IMG/VR virus record: IMGVR_UViG_3300020463_000009
Coordinates: 1-64,000 of that record
Source of the DNA: a virus
DNA length: 64,000 nt
Strand: one strand, 5' to 3'
The translations under genes and the position numbers were made by a program. The notes below the pieces were generated by a model, which had not been told where the DNA came from, did no database searches, and worked only from the letters and a program-made list of their open reading frames with translations. Shown in pieces: positions 9,404-20,417 of this stretch. The first letter of the stretch is position 1; every line of letters starts with the position of its first letter.

Positions 9404-12400
9404 ATGCCAAGTCCAACTGATTTTAACTTATCGCCCTATTATGATGATTTTGCTGAAGCAAAGAATTTTCACAGAATTCTTTTTAGACCAGCATTTGCCG
9501 TACAAGCGAGAGAGTTAACACAATCACAAACTATTATACAAAACCAAATTGAAAGATTTGGTGACCATATGTTCAAACAAGGAGCAATGGTTATTCCTGG
9601 TCAAGTTTCAATTGACACACAATACACTTCTATAAAGTTAACTTCTAAATCAGCCTCTTCAATAGATTCTTATAACAATGCAACATTAACAGGTAATACT
9701 TCAGGTGTTGTCGCTGATGTTGTTGGCGTATCTGCTGCTGATGGTACAGACCCCGATACTTTATTCATAAAATATAATAAAACTGGTACTGATAATGCAA
9801 CTAATGTTTTTGCAGCCGGTGAAACTTTAACTTCAAGTGCTTCTGGTACTCCAACGGTTGTTGTTGCAACAACTCACACAGGTTCAGCTGCCGCTATTCA
9901 AAGTGGTATATATTATATTAATGGATTTTTTGTTCAAGTTTCAGCTTCAACTTTAATACTTGACAAATATACAAACACACCATCATATAGAATTGGTTTA
10001 GCAGTTGCAGAATCTTTTATAACACCGAGTGGTGACCCTACTCTAAATGACCAAGCTCAAGGCGTATCAAATACAAATGCTCCGGGTGCTCATAGATTTA
10101 AAATAGATTTAACATTAACAAAGAAAACATTAGCGTCTGCTGATGATAACAATTTCTTTGAAATCGCTAGAGTTGATAATGGCAATATAAAAAATATGGT
10201 CAGAAATACAGAGTATGCAGTTCTTGAAGAAACTTTAGCAAGAAGAACGTTTGACGAATCTGGTGATTATACATTAACAAATCCAGACTTTGATGTCAGA
10301 GAACATTTAATTTCAGGAAATAATAGAGGTATATTTACTTCATCTAATGGTGGTTTAGAAACTAAATTAGCTGTTGGTGTTTCGCCATTTAAATCATATG
10401 TAAATGGTTATGAAAATATAAAAACTAATACAACTTTTATTGATGTAGATAAAGCTAGAGATTTCGATACAGCAAATAATAATAAAACTAGATTTGCAGT
10501 AGATAATTATTTTAACGTAACCAATGTATTTAATACACCAGATATAGGATTTGTTTCTGGTGATGTAGCCGCATTTAAAAATGTAAATCTATTTAATGAA
10601 TCAACGGTCAATAGAGGTAGTTCGCAAACAACTTTAGGTTTTGACGTTCCTCAAATTGGTCGTGCTAAGTCAAGAGGTTTCCAATATGTAAGTGGTACAG
10701 AAACAAATGATATCTTAGCTAATACAGGAGTATTTCGACATTATCTTTTTGATATTGAAATGTTTACTCAAATTAATTTACTTACAGCAGTTTCATTTAC
10801 AACAGGTGAAATTGTAACCGGTTCTACTTCAGGTGCAACAGGTGTTGTACAAGGTATATCGGTAACAGGAACATTTACGCCTACGGATATTTCCGTTGCA
10901 AGTCCTGGAGTTGCAACTTTAAGTAATCACGGATTTAGGGACGGTCAACAGGTAACATTATCTGGTGGTAATTTTGAAATAGGTGGTTCTGCTTATACAC
11001 CAGGTATTTTTTCAATAAGAAATGCAACTCAAAACACTTTTGAATTGTTTAGTTCAGATGGTTTAACGGCACAAAACGTTACCGCTTTTACTTCAGGTCC
11101 TAATATTCAACACGCATTAGCAGTTTTATCAAATGTAAAAGGTTCTTTTTCAAATGGCGAAACTATTACAGGTCAGACTTCAAGCAATTCAGCAGTAATT
11201 CAAGCAGATGTAAATGGTAGAAAAGGTATTTTAGCTTCAGATATTAGTTCAGTAAAACAAATTGGTATGGCAGGTTCGCCACAATATACTGCTGACACAG
11301 ATTTATCATCTACTTACGGATTAAATGAAACAATTTCAGGTAACGTATCAATAGCAAATAGTTCAAAAGTTTTACAAGGTAAAGGTACAAACTTTACACT
11401 TGATTTAAAAATTGGTGATAGTATAACTTTTACTAATGACGCTGGTGGCACAATTAATGCAATTGTTCAAAACGTTATATCACAAACAGAGGCAACTTTA
11501 GCAGCTGCTGTTGGTGGTTCAGATGTTTCAACTGCTTCTATCTTAACAAGAAAAAGAGCAAAATTACAAAATCCAGAAAACAATATTTTAATATTTAATT
11601 TACCTTATAAAACGGTAAAAACATTAAAGACTGCTACAAACAATGGTGCTACTGATACAAATTATAATGTAAGAAGACAATTCGTTCAAACATTATCATC
11701 AAATGGTGACGCAACAATATCAGCAGGTACAAACGAAACTTTTGGTTCTTTATTAAATTCAGACTTTGCAGTTTCTATAATGACACTTGGCTCAGGTAGT
11801 ACAGGTGCAGCTGGTGATGTATTAAGTGTATCAGGTACAAACCACGAAGGTGATTCAATATTTAATTTAACAGGTTCGCCAACAGGTAAAACTTTAAACC
11901 TAGACTTTGGTGCTAACTTTGCAGGACATAAAGTAAAAATCTTGGCAACGGTCAGTAGGTCAATTGCAGGTTCAAAAACAAAATCTTTAAATACAAACCA
12001 AAACGCAACTATAGCTACTCAATCAGTTATTGAAAGTGGTATAGTGCCAATTGGTAAAGCAGATATATTTAAAATTAATAGTGTAAAAATGTCGGGTGCT
12101 TTTGGTTCAGCACCATCAGTTTCAGATACAGATATTACCGATAGATTTGATTTAGATAATGGACAAAGAGATAACTTTTATGATATTGGTAGATTAAAAT
12201 TAAAACCTGGTGCAATCGTACCATCAGGTCAATTACTTGTAAACTTTGAGTTCTTTTCTCACGGTTCAGGCGATTACTTTGATGTTGATTCATATTCAGG
12301 TGTTGTAAGTTATGAAGCTATACCAAGTTATACTTCAGACACTTCAGGAACAACTTATCAATTAAGAGACGTTATAGATTTTAGACCAAGAGTAGATGAC

Positions 12401-15400
12401 GCAAGTACAATTGATAGTGGTAGTATAGATAGGTCTTATGATGGTACAGGTGCTTCTACTATTGATGTTCCTAAATTTGGTTCTGATATAACTTCAGATT
12501 TAGAATTTTATTTAAATAGAATAGACAAACTCTTTCAAACAAGAGAAGGACAATTAAGAACGGTTAAAGGTGCTTCAGATTTAAACCCATTATCACCATC
12601 TAATTTAGATGGCCATATGTTATTGGCAACTTTAAGTATACCTTCTTATACTTTAGATACCGAAGATGTTAAAGTAGAAAAAGAAGATAATAGAAGATAC
12701 ACAATGAGAGACATTGGTAATCTTGAAAACAGAATTAAAAATATAGAATACTATACTCAACTTTCTCTATTAGAAGCAGACGCTCAAGGTTTACAAATAC
12801 AAGACGCAGATGGTTTTGATAGATTTAAAAATGGTTTTGTTGTTGATAACTTTTCAGGCCACAATGTTGGTGATGTAGGTAACAATGATTATAAACTATC
12901 AATTGATAGAGCAAGAGGTGAGGCTAGAACGTGGTTTACGGAAGATATAATAGAATTAGAAGAACGTGATGATGATGGTACATCAATACTTGCTTCAGAT
13001 AGAACAGATGGTAATTATGCTAAAACAGGTGATTTAATTACTTTACCATTTACAGAAACAAATTTTTTACAACAACCATTTGCTACTAAAACAGAAAACT
13101 TAAATCCATTCTTAATATTTAATTGGATTGGTGATGTTGAATTAAATCCACCAGTTGATGAATGGAGAGATACAGAGGTAGCACCTGAAGTAGTTGCTAA
13201 TGTTCAAGGTACTTTTGATAACTTAGCAAGAGAAAGAGGATTAACAAATAGTAATATTTCATCTATACCAATGGGTACAGAATGGAATGGTTGGCAAGAC
13301 CAATGGTCTGGTAATCCTAGGTCAAATGCAAGTTGGCAAGGTAATAGTTTAGTTCAAACAACTTCAAGAGACGTTGTACAAACAAGAAGTGGTATTAGAA
13401 CAACGGCAGTACCTCAAACTTTAAGACAAAGTTTAGGTGAAAGAGTTATATCAGTTGCTTTTGTTCCTTTTATAAGAAGTAGAACAATAGAATTCCAAGG
13501 TTACGGATTAAGACCAAATACTAGAGTTTATCCTTTCTTTGATGAACAAGCAGTTTCAACTTATGTAACCCCAGATGGTGGTTCAGCCGGTGGTAATTTA
13601 ATTACAGACGCAAACGGATATGTAAAAGGAACCTTTGCAATACCTGACCCGAACAATACAGCAAATCCAAGATGGCGAACAGGTAATAGAGTATTCAGAT
13701 TAACAAGTTCATCTACAAATAGTCAAGATAGAACAGACGTAGCAACTTCAGCTGAAGGCGATTACGTTGCAAAAGGTTTACAACAAACGGTACAAGAAGC
13801 TATTATTGCAAGTAGAGAAACAAGTACCGTAAGAAATCAGGTAACTGGTTCAAGAAGTTTTACAAGAAGTGCTAGTAGAGTAATTGCAGTTAGACAACCA
13901 CCACAAGATAGAGGTGGAGGTGGTGAAGGTGGAGACAATAATGGTGACCCATTAGCACAATCATTTATGGTTGATGAAGAAGACGGTATTTTTATAACTT
14001 CACTTGACGCTTTCTTTGCAACTAAATCAAGTACGGTTCCTGTTAAAGCAGAAATTAGAAATATGGTTAACGGTTATCCTGGTCCACAGGTTTTACCTTT
14101 CGCAAGAAAATGGATAAATCCAAGTTCAGTAAATACAAGTACAGATGGTACAACAGCAACAACATTTACATTTGACTCACCTGTTTACTTACAAGAGGGT
14201 GTTGAGTATTGTGTAGTATTATATTCTGACTCAACTGAATATACGGCTTATGTTGCAAGATTAGGTGATAAAATTATTAATTCTAATAGAACGGTATCAT
14301 CACAGCCAAATATAGGTGTTTTATTTAAGTCTGCTAACAATAGAAGTTGGACTGCTGAACAAATGGAAGATATGAAACTGACTATTAAGAAAGCAGTATT
14401 TGATACATCAGCAAATGGTAGTGTAACCTTATCTAATGCAACTTTACCTACAAAATTATTAAAACAAAATCCAATAAGAACATTTAATGGTTCAGGTGTT
14501 ATAAGAATATTCCAAAAAAATCACGGTATGCATAGTACAACAGACAACGTAACCATTTCTGGTGTTGCTTCAGGTACTTACAATGGTATTGCACACTCTG
14601 ATATTAACGGAACATATACTAGTATTTCAAACGTAACCCTAGATAGTTATGACTTAACAACTTCAGGAACGGCAACAGCTACAGGTGATACTGGTGGTTC
14701 AGCCGTAAATGCAACTAAAAATGTTCCTTTCAATGTATTACAATTACAAATAGGACACGTATTACATCCACAAACAAATTTAACGGGTACTATTAGAACA
14801 ACAACTGGTAAATCAATTCACGGTGTAGAAACACCATTTAGTTTAACAGGTACAGCAGATAAGAAAACAATTGTACTAGGTGATAATATTTACTTTACAG
14901 AACCTAAACTTGTTGCAAGTGGTATTAATGAGACAAACGAAATGGCAGGTTCTAAATCAATGTTTGTAGAATTAACTTTAAGTTCTTCAAATGTTAACGT
15001 ATCGCCAGTTGTAGATTTAAAAAGAGTTAATGCTTTTGGTATTGCAAACAGATTAAATAAACCTGAAGTATCATCTACTAATACATTTACAGGTGATGGT
15101 TCAACAACAGGATTTAGTTTATCATCTACGCCTGCTAGTGTTCATTTATTATCTGTTAAAAAATCAGGTAAAAAATTATCGCCTGTCGTAGATTTTTCTC
15201 TTGCAGGCTCAACTATAACATTGGTAACTGCTCCGGCTGCAGGTGCAAAAATTATTGCTAAAGTATCTAACACCGTAAATTATGAAGATGATACTGCTAC
15301 AGAGGGTGGTTCTTCAGAGGGTGTTTACTTAACTAAACCTGTAAACTTGGAAAATCCTTCAACTGCTATTGAAGTAAGAGTAGCGGCTAGTGTAAGGTCA

Positions 15401-15682
15401 AGTTCATCAATTAAAATGTTTTTTAGACTAACTGGTGGTGAAGAAACAAGACGTATTCAAGATATAGAGTTTACACCATTTAATACAGACGGTTCATCCG
15501 ATAGTGTAATATCTCCTTCTCAAGGTGATGAAGTTCTTGATAAAGATTTTAAAGATTACAAATTTAGTGTAAAAGATTTACCAGAGTTTACTTCATTCCA
15601 AGTTAAAGTAGTATTTAACGGAACAAACTCTGCTTATCCAGCAAGATTAAAAGATTTTAGAGCAATAGCATTGGCAATATAA
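9404..15682 (+). CDS. large virion structural protein, VrlC/DUF4815 type
   Basis: PYYDDF..RILFRP..VQARELTQ.Q, APGAHR, LARRTFDESGDY, DRFKNGFVVDNF, DPLAQSF, DFRAIAL; typical position after gp8 in marine T4-like phages. Confidence 0.85.
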   Translation: MPSPTDFNLSPYYDDFAEAKNFHRILFRPAFAVQARELTQSQTIIQNQIERFGDHMFKQGAMVIPGQVSIDTQYTSIKLTSKSASSIDSYNNATLTGNTSGVVADVVGVSAADGTDPDTLFIKYNKTGTDNATNVFAAGETLTSSASGTPTVVVATTHTGSAAAIQSGIYYINGFFVQVSASTLILDKYTNTPSYRIGLAVAESFITPSGDPTLNDQAQGVSNTNAPGAHRFKIDLTLTKKTLASADDNNFFEIARVDNGNIKNMVRNTEYAVLEETLARRTFDESGDYTLTNPDFDVREHLISGNNRGIFTSSNGGLETKLAVGVSPFKSYVNGYENIKTNTTFIDVDKARDFDTANNNKTRFAVDNYFNVTNVFNTPDIGFVSGDVAAFKNVNLFNESTVNRGSSQTTLGFDVPQIGRAKSRGFQYVSGTETNDILANTGVFRHYLFDIEMFTQINLLTAVSFTTGEIVTGSTSGATGVVQGISVTGTFTPTDISVASPGVATLSNHGFRDGQQVTLSGGNFEIGGSAYTPGIFSIRNATQNTFELFSSDGLTAQNVTAFTSGPNIQHALAVLSNVKGSFSNGETITGQTSSNSAVIQADVNGRKGILASDISSVKQIGMAGSPQYTADTDLSSTYGLNETISGNVSIANSSKVLQGKGTNFTLDLKIGDSITFTNDAGGTINAIVQNVISQTEATLAAAVGGSDVSTASILTRKRAKLQNPENNILIFNLPYKTVKTLKTATNNGATDTNYNVRRQFVQTLSSNGDATISAGTNETFGSLLNSDFAVSIMTLGSGSTGAAGDVLSVSGTNHEGDSIFNLTGSPTGKTLNLDFGANFAGHKVKILATVSRSIAGSKTKSLNTNQNATIATQSVIESGIVPIGKADIFKINSVKMSGAFGSAPSVSDTDITDRFDLDNGQRDNFYDIGRLKLKPGAIVPSGQLLVNFEFFSHGSGDYFDVDSYSGVVSYEAIPSYTSDTSGTTYQLRDVIDFRPRVDDASTIDSGSIDRSYDGTGASTIDVPKFGSDITSDLEFYLNRIDKLFQTREGQLRTVKGASDLNPLSPSNLDGHMLLATLSIPSYTLDTEDVKVEKEDNRRYTMRDIGNLENRIKNIEYYTQLSLLEADAQGLQIQDADGFDRFKNGFVVDNFSGHNVGDVGNNDYKLSIDRARGEARTWFTEDIIELEERDDDGTSILASDRTDGNYAKTGDLITLPFTETNFLQQPFATKTENLNPFLIFNWIGDVELNPPVDEWRDTEVAPEVVANVQGTFDNLARERGLTNSNISSIPMGTEWNGWQDQWSGNPRSNASWQGNSLVQTTSRDVVQTRSGIRTTAVPQTLRQSLGERVISVAFVPFIRSRTIEFQGYGLRPNTRVYPFFDEQAVSTYVTPDGGSAGGNLITDANGYVKGTFAIPDPNNTANPRWRTGNRVFRLTSSSTNSQDRTDVATSAEGDYVAKGLQQTVQEAIIASRETSTVRNQVTGSRSFTRSASRVIAVRQPPQDRGGGGEGGDNNGDPLAQSFMVDEEDGIFITSLDAFFATKSSTVPVKAEIRNMVNGYPGPQVLPFARKWINPSSVNTSTDGTTATTFTFDSPVYLQEGVEYCVVLYSDSTEYTAYVARLGDKIINSNRTVSSQPNIGVLFKSANNRSWTAEQMEDMKLTIKKAVFDTSANGSVTLSNATLPTKLLKQNPIRTFNGSGVIRIFQKNHGMHSTTDNVTISGVASGTYNGIAHSDINGTYTSISNVTLDSYDLTTSGTATATGDTGGSAVNATKNVPFNVLQLQIGHVLHPQTNLTGTIRTTTGKSIHGVETPFSLTGTADKKTIVLGDNIYFTEPKLVASGINETNEMAGSKSMFVELTLSSSNVNVSPVVDLKRVNAFGIANRLNKPEVSSTNTFTGDGSTTGFSLSSTPASVHLLSVKKSGKKLSPVVDFSLAGSTITLVTAPAAGAKIIAKVSNTVNYEDDTATEGGSSEGVYLTKPVNLENPSTAIEVRVAASVRSSSSIKMFFRLTGGEETRRIQDIEFTPFNTDGSSDSVISPSQGDEVLDKDFKDYKFSVKDLPEFTSFQVKVVFNGTNSAYPARLKDFRAIALAI

Positions 15683-15900
15683 TGAGTAAAATTAAAGTAG
15701 AAGGACAAGAGCATTTAATAAGAGACATAAGTTCAAATGCTATTGTGAATACTAATGCTACAGAGTATCAACTTTATATGGCTAGAATACAAGAGAGAAA
15801 AAGCAATAGCGACCAAATTAAAGGTGCTTGTAGAGAGATAAATAATCTAAAGCAAGAGTTAAGAGAAATTAAAGGGTTAATTAAGGAATTAATAAAATAA
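15682..15900 (+). CDS. small coiled-coil hypothetical protein
   Basis: TAATG coupling to upstream gene; C-terminal heptad pattern. Confidence 0.75.
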   Translation: MSKIKVEGQEHLIRDISSNAIVNTNATEYQLYMARIQERKSNSDQIKGACREINNLKQELREIKGLIKELIK

Positions 15901-15901
15901 A

Positions 15902-16804
15902 ATGGCAATAAGACAAATAAATGTAACCGATAGTTTAGAGACATTAAGAAGTCAATTTAATGCATTGGCTTCCCAAGACTTTGGCGATATTGCAAATTTA
16001 GATAGTTCTATTACTGCTACAAATATTGTTGGCGCAATGAACGAAGTTATTAATATCGTTGGTGCCTCTGAAGGTTTTTTTATTGTTGATGAATCATCTA
16101 CTAGACAATTAATTGGTGCAGGTCAAGAATTACAAATTAAAGGTACAGCAAATGAAACTACGGTAGCTGTTCAAGCAACAGACACTTTAGTAATTGGTTT
16201 ACCGTCAGACGTAACCGTATCAAATGGTTTAACGGTTGGTAGTGGTGGTATTAGTTCATCAGGAAATATTGCAACAACAGGTTCAGCTGCTGTAAAAACA
16301 AATACTATTGATGATGTATCAGGTGGTGTTATAAACATTAACTCTGCTATTATTACAAGTGGTGACGCAACTCTTGGTTCGATTAACATTTCTGGTAATA
16401 CTATTACATCAAATAACTCAAACACAATTACCGTTAACGATAATTTAACAATATCAGCAGGGTTAACTTTTACAACACCTACAATAACAGCGGCTTCAGG
16501 TAACTTAGCAGTCAGTTCAGATATAACAATGGCGCCAGGTAAATTAGTAATATTTGAAGGTGCTACAGATGATGGTTTTGAAACAGCAATTACGGTAACA
16601 GACCCAACTGCTGATAGAGTAATTACTTTTCCTGACGCAGGTGGAACCGTATTACTTACAGGTACAACTGGTTCAATAACAGGTGCAATGATATCAGACG
16701 ATACAATTACAGGTAATAAATTAAAAAGCACGGTAACTTTAGTATTATACAATAGTTCAGGTGTTGCACAAAAAACAATTTATGGTGCAGGTGCTTTATC
16801 ATAA
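15902..16804 (+). CDS. fibre-like virion structural protein
   Basis: Gly/Ser/Thr-rich beta repeats; FEGATDDGFET..DPTADR.IT.PD module shared with 34789..35220. Confidence 0.65.
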   Translation: MAIRQINVTDSLETLRSQFNALASQDFGDIANLDSSITATNIVGAMNEVINIVGASEGFFIVDESSTRQLIGAGQELQIKGTANETTVAVQATDTLVIGLPSDVTVSNGLTVGSGGISSSGNIATTGSAAVKTNTIDDVSGGVININSAIITSGDATLGSINISGNTITSNNSNTITVNDNLTISAGLTFTTPTITAASGNLAVSSDITMAPGKLVIFEGATDDGFETAITVTDPTADRVITFPDAGGTVLLTGTTGSITGAMISDDTITGNKLKSTVTLVLYNSSGVAQKTIYGAGALS

Positions 16805-16822
16805 TAGATATGGAATTAGATT

Positions 16823-17779
16823 ATGGCAGTAAGAAGACCAATATTTTTAAATAACGGTAACATCCAGCAAATGGATGATACTATGTTTGGTTTATTAAAA
16901 GATAAATTCAGATACGAATTTCAACAAGCAAGTCCAATATCATTATCAGTTGTATCAAGTGGTGGAAGTTTAGGTACTTTAGTTGATACTCGTATGATAT
17001 CAGGTGGTCAACAAAATAATGGTTCAAGATTTCCTACAGAAGCAGAAACACCTGAGCCAACATCAACTTCAGTAAGTTATGCTAAAATAACTCAATCAGT
17101 TGCCTCAGCTCCTTCAATTACAAGTGATAGTGGTAAAAGATATTTTTCTTACATAGACGGTGACGCAAATGTTCAAGTAATGTCATATCAAGATATGTTA
17201 GATAGTATAGTAAGACCTGTAATTGATGAATTAACTTCAGGTAATAATACCAATCAACAAGCAGGAACATATTTTATAGATACTAATTCAGTAGCTTCAG
17301 GTGATGAATCTTTAGTTTCAAGTACGGCAGTTTTTATAGATACAAGAGCAAATACTTCATCTTTTCAAGCGTCAAATATTCCATCATCTACAAATGCAAC
17401 ATTAGATTATCCACAAACTATTAATAATTATTATTTAAAAAAGAATACAATATCATCACCTACACTTTCAGTATTACCATTAAAGATAAGGTCTGATAAT
17501 GATGTACAAGAGTTTACAACTTCAGAAATTGCTACAATAGCAAATGAGTTAATGAGAAATGAAACGATTGATAGTGCAGGCGGATATAAAATTAGATATA
17601 ACATTAATGGTACAGGAACAACTAAAGGTTCAGTTATGATTGACACTAGATTGACAGGTGGTTCTGGTAATTATCAACAAAGACAATTACACGCTGATGA
17701 TTATAGAGCAATGGAGTTTCCAGACGGAACAGCAACAACAATTAACTCTTATACTTTTAAAATACAAAAAACATCTTAA
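16823..17779 (+). CDS. putative virion structural protein
   Basis: Ser/Thr-rich, internal DTR repeats, co-oriented in structural operon. Confidence 0.55.
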   Translation: MAVRRPIFLNNGNIQQMDDTMFGLLKDKFRYEFQQASPISLSVVSSGGSLGTLVDTRMISGGQQNNGSRFPTEAETPEPTSTSVSYAKITQSVASAPSITSDSGKRYFSYIDGDANVQVMSYQDMLDSIVRPVIDELTSGNNTNQQAGTYFIDTNSVASGDESLVSSTAVFIDTRANTSSFQASNIPSSTNATLDYPQTINNYYLKKNTISSPTLSVLPLKIRSDNDVQEFTTSEIATIANELMRNETIDSAGGYKIRYNINGTGTTKGSVMIDTRLTGGSGNYQQRQLHADDYRAMEFPDGTATTINSYTFKIQKTS

Positions 17780-17788
17780 TTATGAATT

Positions 17789-18517
17789 ATGAATATATTA
17801 TTAACAGGCGGTGATGGCTTTATAGGACAAAATCTATATAATCATCTTATCAAAAATCACAAAGTAATTAACATAGACAAAGTTTCAGGTTATGATTTAT
17901 TAACTTGTAATTTACACTATAACGCAGACTTGGTAATTCATTTAGCAGGTCTATCAGGTGTTAGAGATAGTTTAGATAAGCCTGAAGAATATTGGAAACA
18001 AAATGTTATTGCAGGCCAGAGAGTATTTGATTTCTTTTCAGATACTAAAATATTATATGCTAGTTCATCTACTGCTTGGGAACCTTGGCGTAATCCTTAT
18101 GCTATGAGTAAATATAGTCTTGAACAAATAGCACCAGAAAATAGTTTAGGTATGAGATTTACAACCGTTTATGGACCTAGTGCAAAACCTAATATGTTAA
18201 TACCTAAAATTTTAAGAAATGATGTACAATATATTAATACAAATCATAAAAGAGATTTTATACACGTAGATGATATTATTAGTGCAATAGATATATTAAT
18301 GAGAGAAAATGTAAATGGTGCCATAGATATAGGTACAGGTCATACACACGAATTGGTGGACATTGTAGATTATTTTAAAATAGATTGTGAGAGAAAAATG
18401 GGTGGCGAAAACGAAAGACTAGATAATAAGGCTGATACAACAACACTAAATAGATTAGGGTGGAAACCTAAAATAAATTTATATAATTATATTAAGGAAA
18501 ATAGAAATGTTAACTAA
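17789..18517 (+). CDS. NAD-dependent epimerase/dehydratase (extended SDR)
   Basis: TGGDGFIG, HLAG, YASSS, YAMSK, RFTTVYGP, RDFIHVDD. Confidence 0.9.
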   Translation: MNILLTGGDGFIGQNLYNHLIKNHKVINIDKVSGYDLLTCNLHYNADLVIHLAGLSGVRDSLDKPEEYWKQNVIAGQRVFDFFSDTKILYASSSTAWEPWRNPYAMSKYSLEQIAPENSLGMRFTTVYGPSAKPNMLIPKILRNDVQYINTNHKRDFIHVDDIISAIDILMRENVNGAIDIGTGHTHELVDIVDYFKIDCERKMGGENERLDNKADTTTLNRLGWKPKINLYNYIKENRNVN

Positions 18518-19001
18518 AGTGAATTTGAAAGACCATTTTGTAAATGCTGTATATGTCAATAATGAAAGAACATTAATAGAAGTTTTTTATACTTCACCAG
18601 ATTTCAAAGAAACTCATAACGCAATCATAGAACACGATACTGAACATCCAGACTTTCAACATTTAATGAAATTTGTAAGTGTAGATGATTTACACGAAAA
18701 TACTTACAATCAAAAAAAATTAGAAAGAAAAGAGTTTGAAGAAGAAGCTATTAAGATTGCTAAAAAATCTGGTCTAGTTTTTGATTACAATAGAATTGAT
18801 ACTAAATTTTTTCCTGCTTTAGTAAAAGCATTATTTGTAGATGAAGAAAATGATGACCACTTATTTGCTTTAAAACTTGCATTATTCGAAGTAGAAAAAA
18901 TTAGAGATACAAAAAACGAAGATTTAAAAGTAGAGTTAAGAAAATCTAAAACAAAACTAGAAGCTTTAGATAAAGCAATTAATATTTTAAGAAGTAATTA
19001 G
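18507..19001 (+). CDS. hypothetical protein
   Basis: AAGGA SD; overlaps epimerase end; converges on and overlaps 18979..19551. Confidence 0.7.
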   Translation: MLTKVNLKDHFVNAVYVNNERTLIEVFYTSPDFKETHNAIIEHDTEHPDFQHLMKFVSVDDLHENTYNQKKLERKEFEEEAIKIAKKSGLVFDYNRIDTKFFPALVKALFVDEENDDHLFALKLALFEVEKIRDTKNEDLKVELRKSKTKLEALDKAINILRSN

Positions 19002-19551
19002 ACCACCAGCCAGACCAACCTTTTTCCATAAGGTGTTGCATTTGACCAAAAGTAATCATATTTTCTTTAGTAGGTTTATCGTGAATATGGTTTTTAATTG
19101 ATGAACAAAAATGTCTACCATAAGTATAGTATTTAATTTCGTGATAATAAAACTCATCACTACCCTTATTGTATTTCTTTAAGTAATATTCGTCATTTGA
19201 TTTAAACTTATCCCAAATATAAGATACATCACCTGTCCAAGATACGACAGACGAGTTTAAAGGTGTATGGGCTTTCTCTCGCCACCAAGAATCATCTAGT
19301 AATGTAAAATGTTTTCTAACTAATGGTCTTAACTTATCAAATATACATACGTCTAAATCAAAGTATAAATTTTCACCGTCTCTAAACATATCATACATTT
19401 GAAGTTTGTTATACCAATTACCATATAAATCTTTTTCAATGACCTCAAACTTATCATACTTGATACCTGAATAAGTATCAATCATATGTTTTAAATTATC
19501 AACGTGCCATTGAGTAAACTTATCACCAAATCTACAACAAATTATTCTCAT
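18979..19551 (-). CDS. GT-A fold glycosyltransferase-like protein
   Basis: CCRFGDKF..HVDNL, WYNKL, LYFDLDV (DxD), NSSVVSW. Confidence 0.7.
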   Translation of the reverse strand: MRIICCRFGDKFTQWHVDNLKHMIDTYSGIKYDKFEVIEKDLYGNWYNKLQMYDMFRDGENLYFDLDVCIFDKLRPLVRKHFTLLDDSWWREKAHTPLNSSVVSWTGDVSYIWDKFKSNDEYYLKKYNKGSDEFYYHEIKYYTYGRHFCSSIKNHIHDKPTKENMITFGQMQHLMEKGWSGWWSNYFLKY

Positions 19552-20417
19552 TTTATTTCTGTTATCTTAATGCCTCTATTTCTATGAGAGTTTATTTTAA
19601 ACTCTGCTTTTTCAGGTATGTTATGAGTATTACCATATGGGTCTTTTACTTGACCTTTATCTTTAGTTATGTCAACTATTTTTGCTTTTCTCATTTGTTT
19701 ACCAGTTCTAGGGTGTGTTTCTTGGTCAGTTATTGTAATCTTACTACCATTAGCAGCGCCTAACATTAATTCAGTTTCGTCAGATTCCCAACGAGGTTTA
19801 TCATTTCTAGGATAACCAATACCTAAACCATAACATATTTCTTTGGTACCATTTTTTATGTCATCCATAATACCTAATTTTTTAGGCCAATAATCATCAC
19901 CATTTAAATCATTATGACTTTTATTAGCGCCTGTGGCAAATCCCATTGAGGCAGCTGCTTTCATTGTTAGACCTAAAGATATACCAATACTACAATAGGC
20001 ATTTTGCCATCTGTTTTTATCTGTATTAGATTTTAAAGTACCATCAGCGTGAGAGTTTAATTGACTATTAGGTTCTTTTGCCACCCATACCATATAGATA
20101 CTAGCATTTGATTGTGAGTTTCTCCAGTTTGCTGGAGGATTTCTTCTATGAGTATAACCCCAAGTATATCTTGATATCTCTTGTATTACTTTTCTATCAG
20201 CCGTATAATATACATCAAAATATCCTTCGTGTTGTTTAGTAGGACTATTTGTTGCTATCCATAATAATTCATTAACAATATCATCTACTAAAAGAGGGTT
20301 TAATTTACTCCACTTTTCATAATCCCAATTTCTTTGGCATTTTTGAATTTTATTATATATTTCTCTTTCTTTGTCCCATTCATAAAACATATGCATAATT
20401 TTATTCTCAACGTCCAT
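19548..20417 (-). CDS. nitroreductase-family (FMN) protein
   Basis: CQRNWD, IATNSPTKQ, SIGISLGL...AAASMGFATG, LGIGYP. Confidence 0.7.
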   Translation of the reverse strand: MDVENKIMHMFYEWDKEREIYNKIQKCQRNWDYEKWSKLNPLLVDDIVNELLWIATNSPTKQHEGYFDVYYTADRKVIQEISRYTWGYTHRRNPPANWRNSQSNASIYMVWVAKEPNSQLNSHADGTLKSNTDKNRWQNAYCSIGISLGLTMKAAASMGFATGANKSHNDLNGDDYWPKKLGIMDDIKNGTKEICYGLGIGYPRNDKPRWESDETELMLGAANGSKITITDQETHPRTGKQMRKAKIVDITKDKGQVKDPYGNTHNIPEKAEFKINSHRNRGIKITEIK

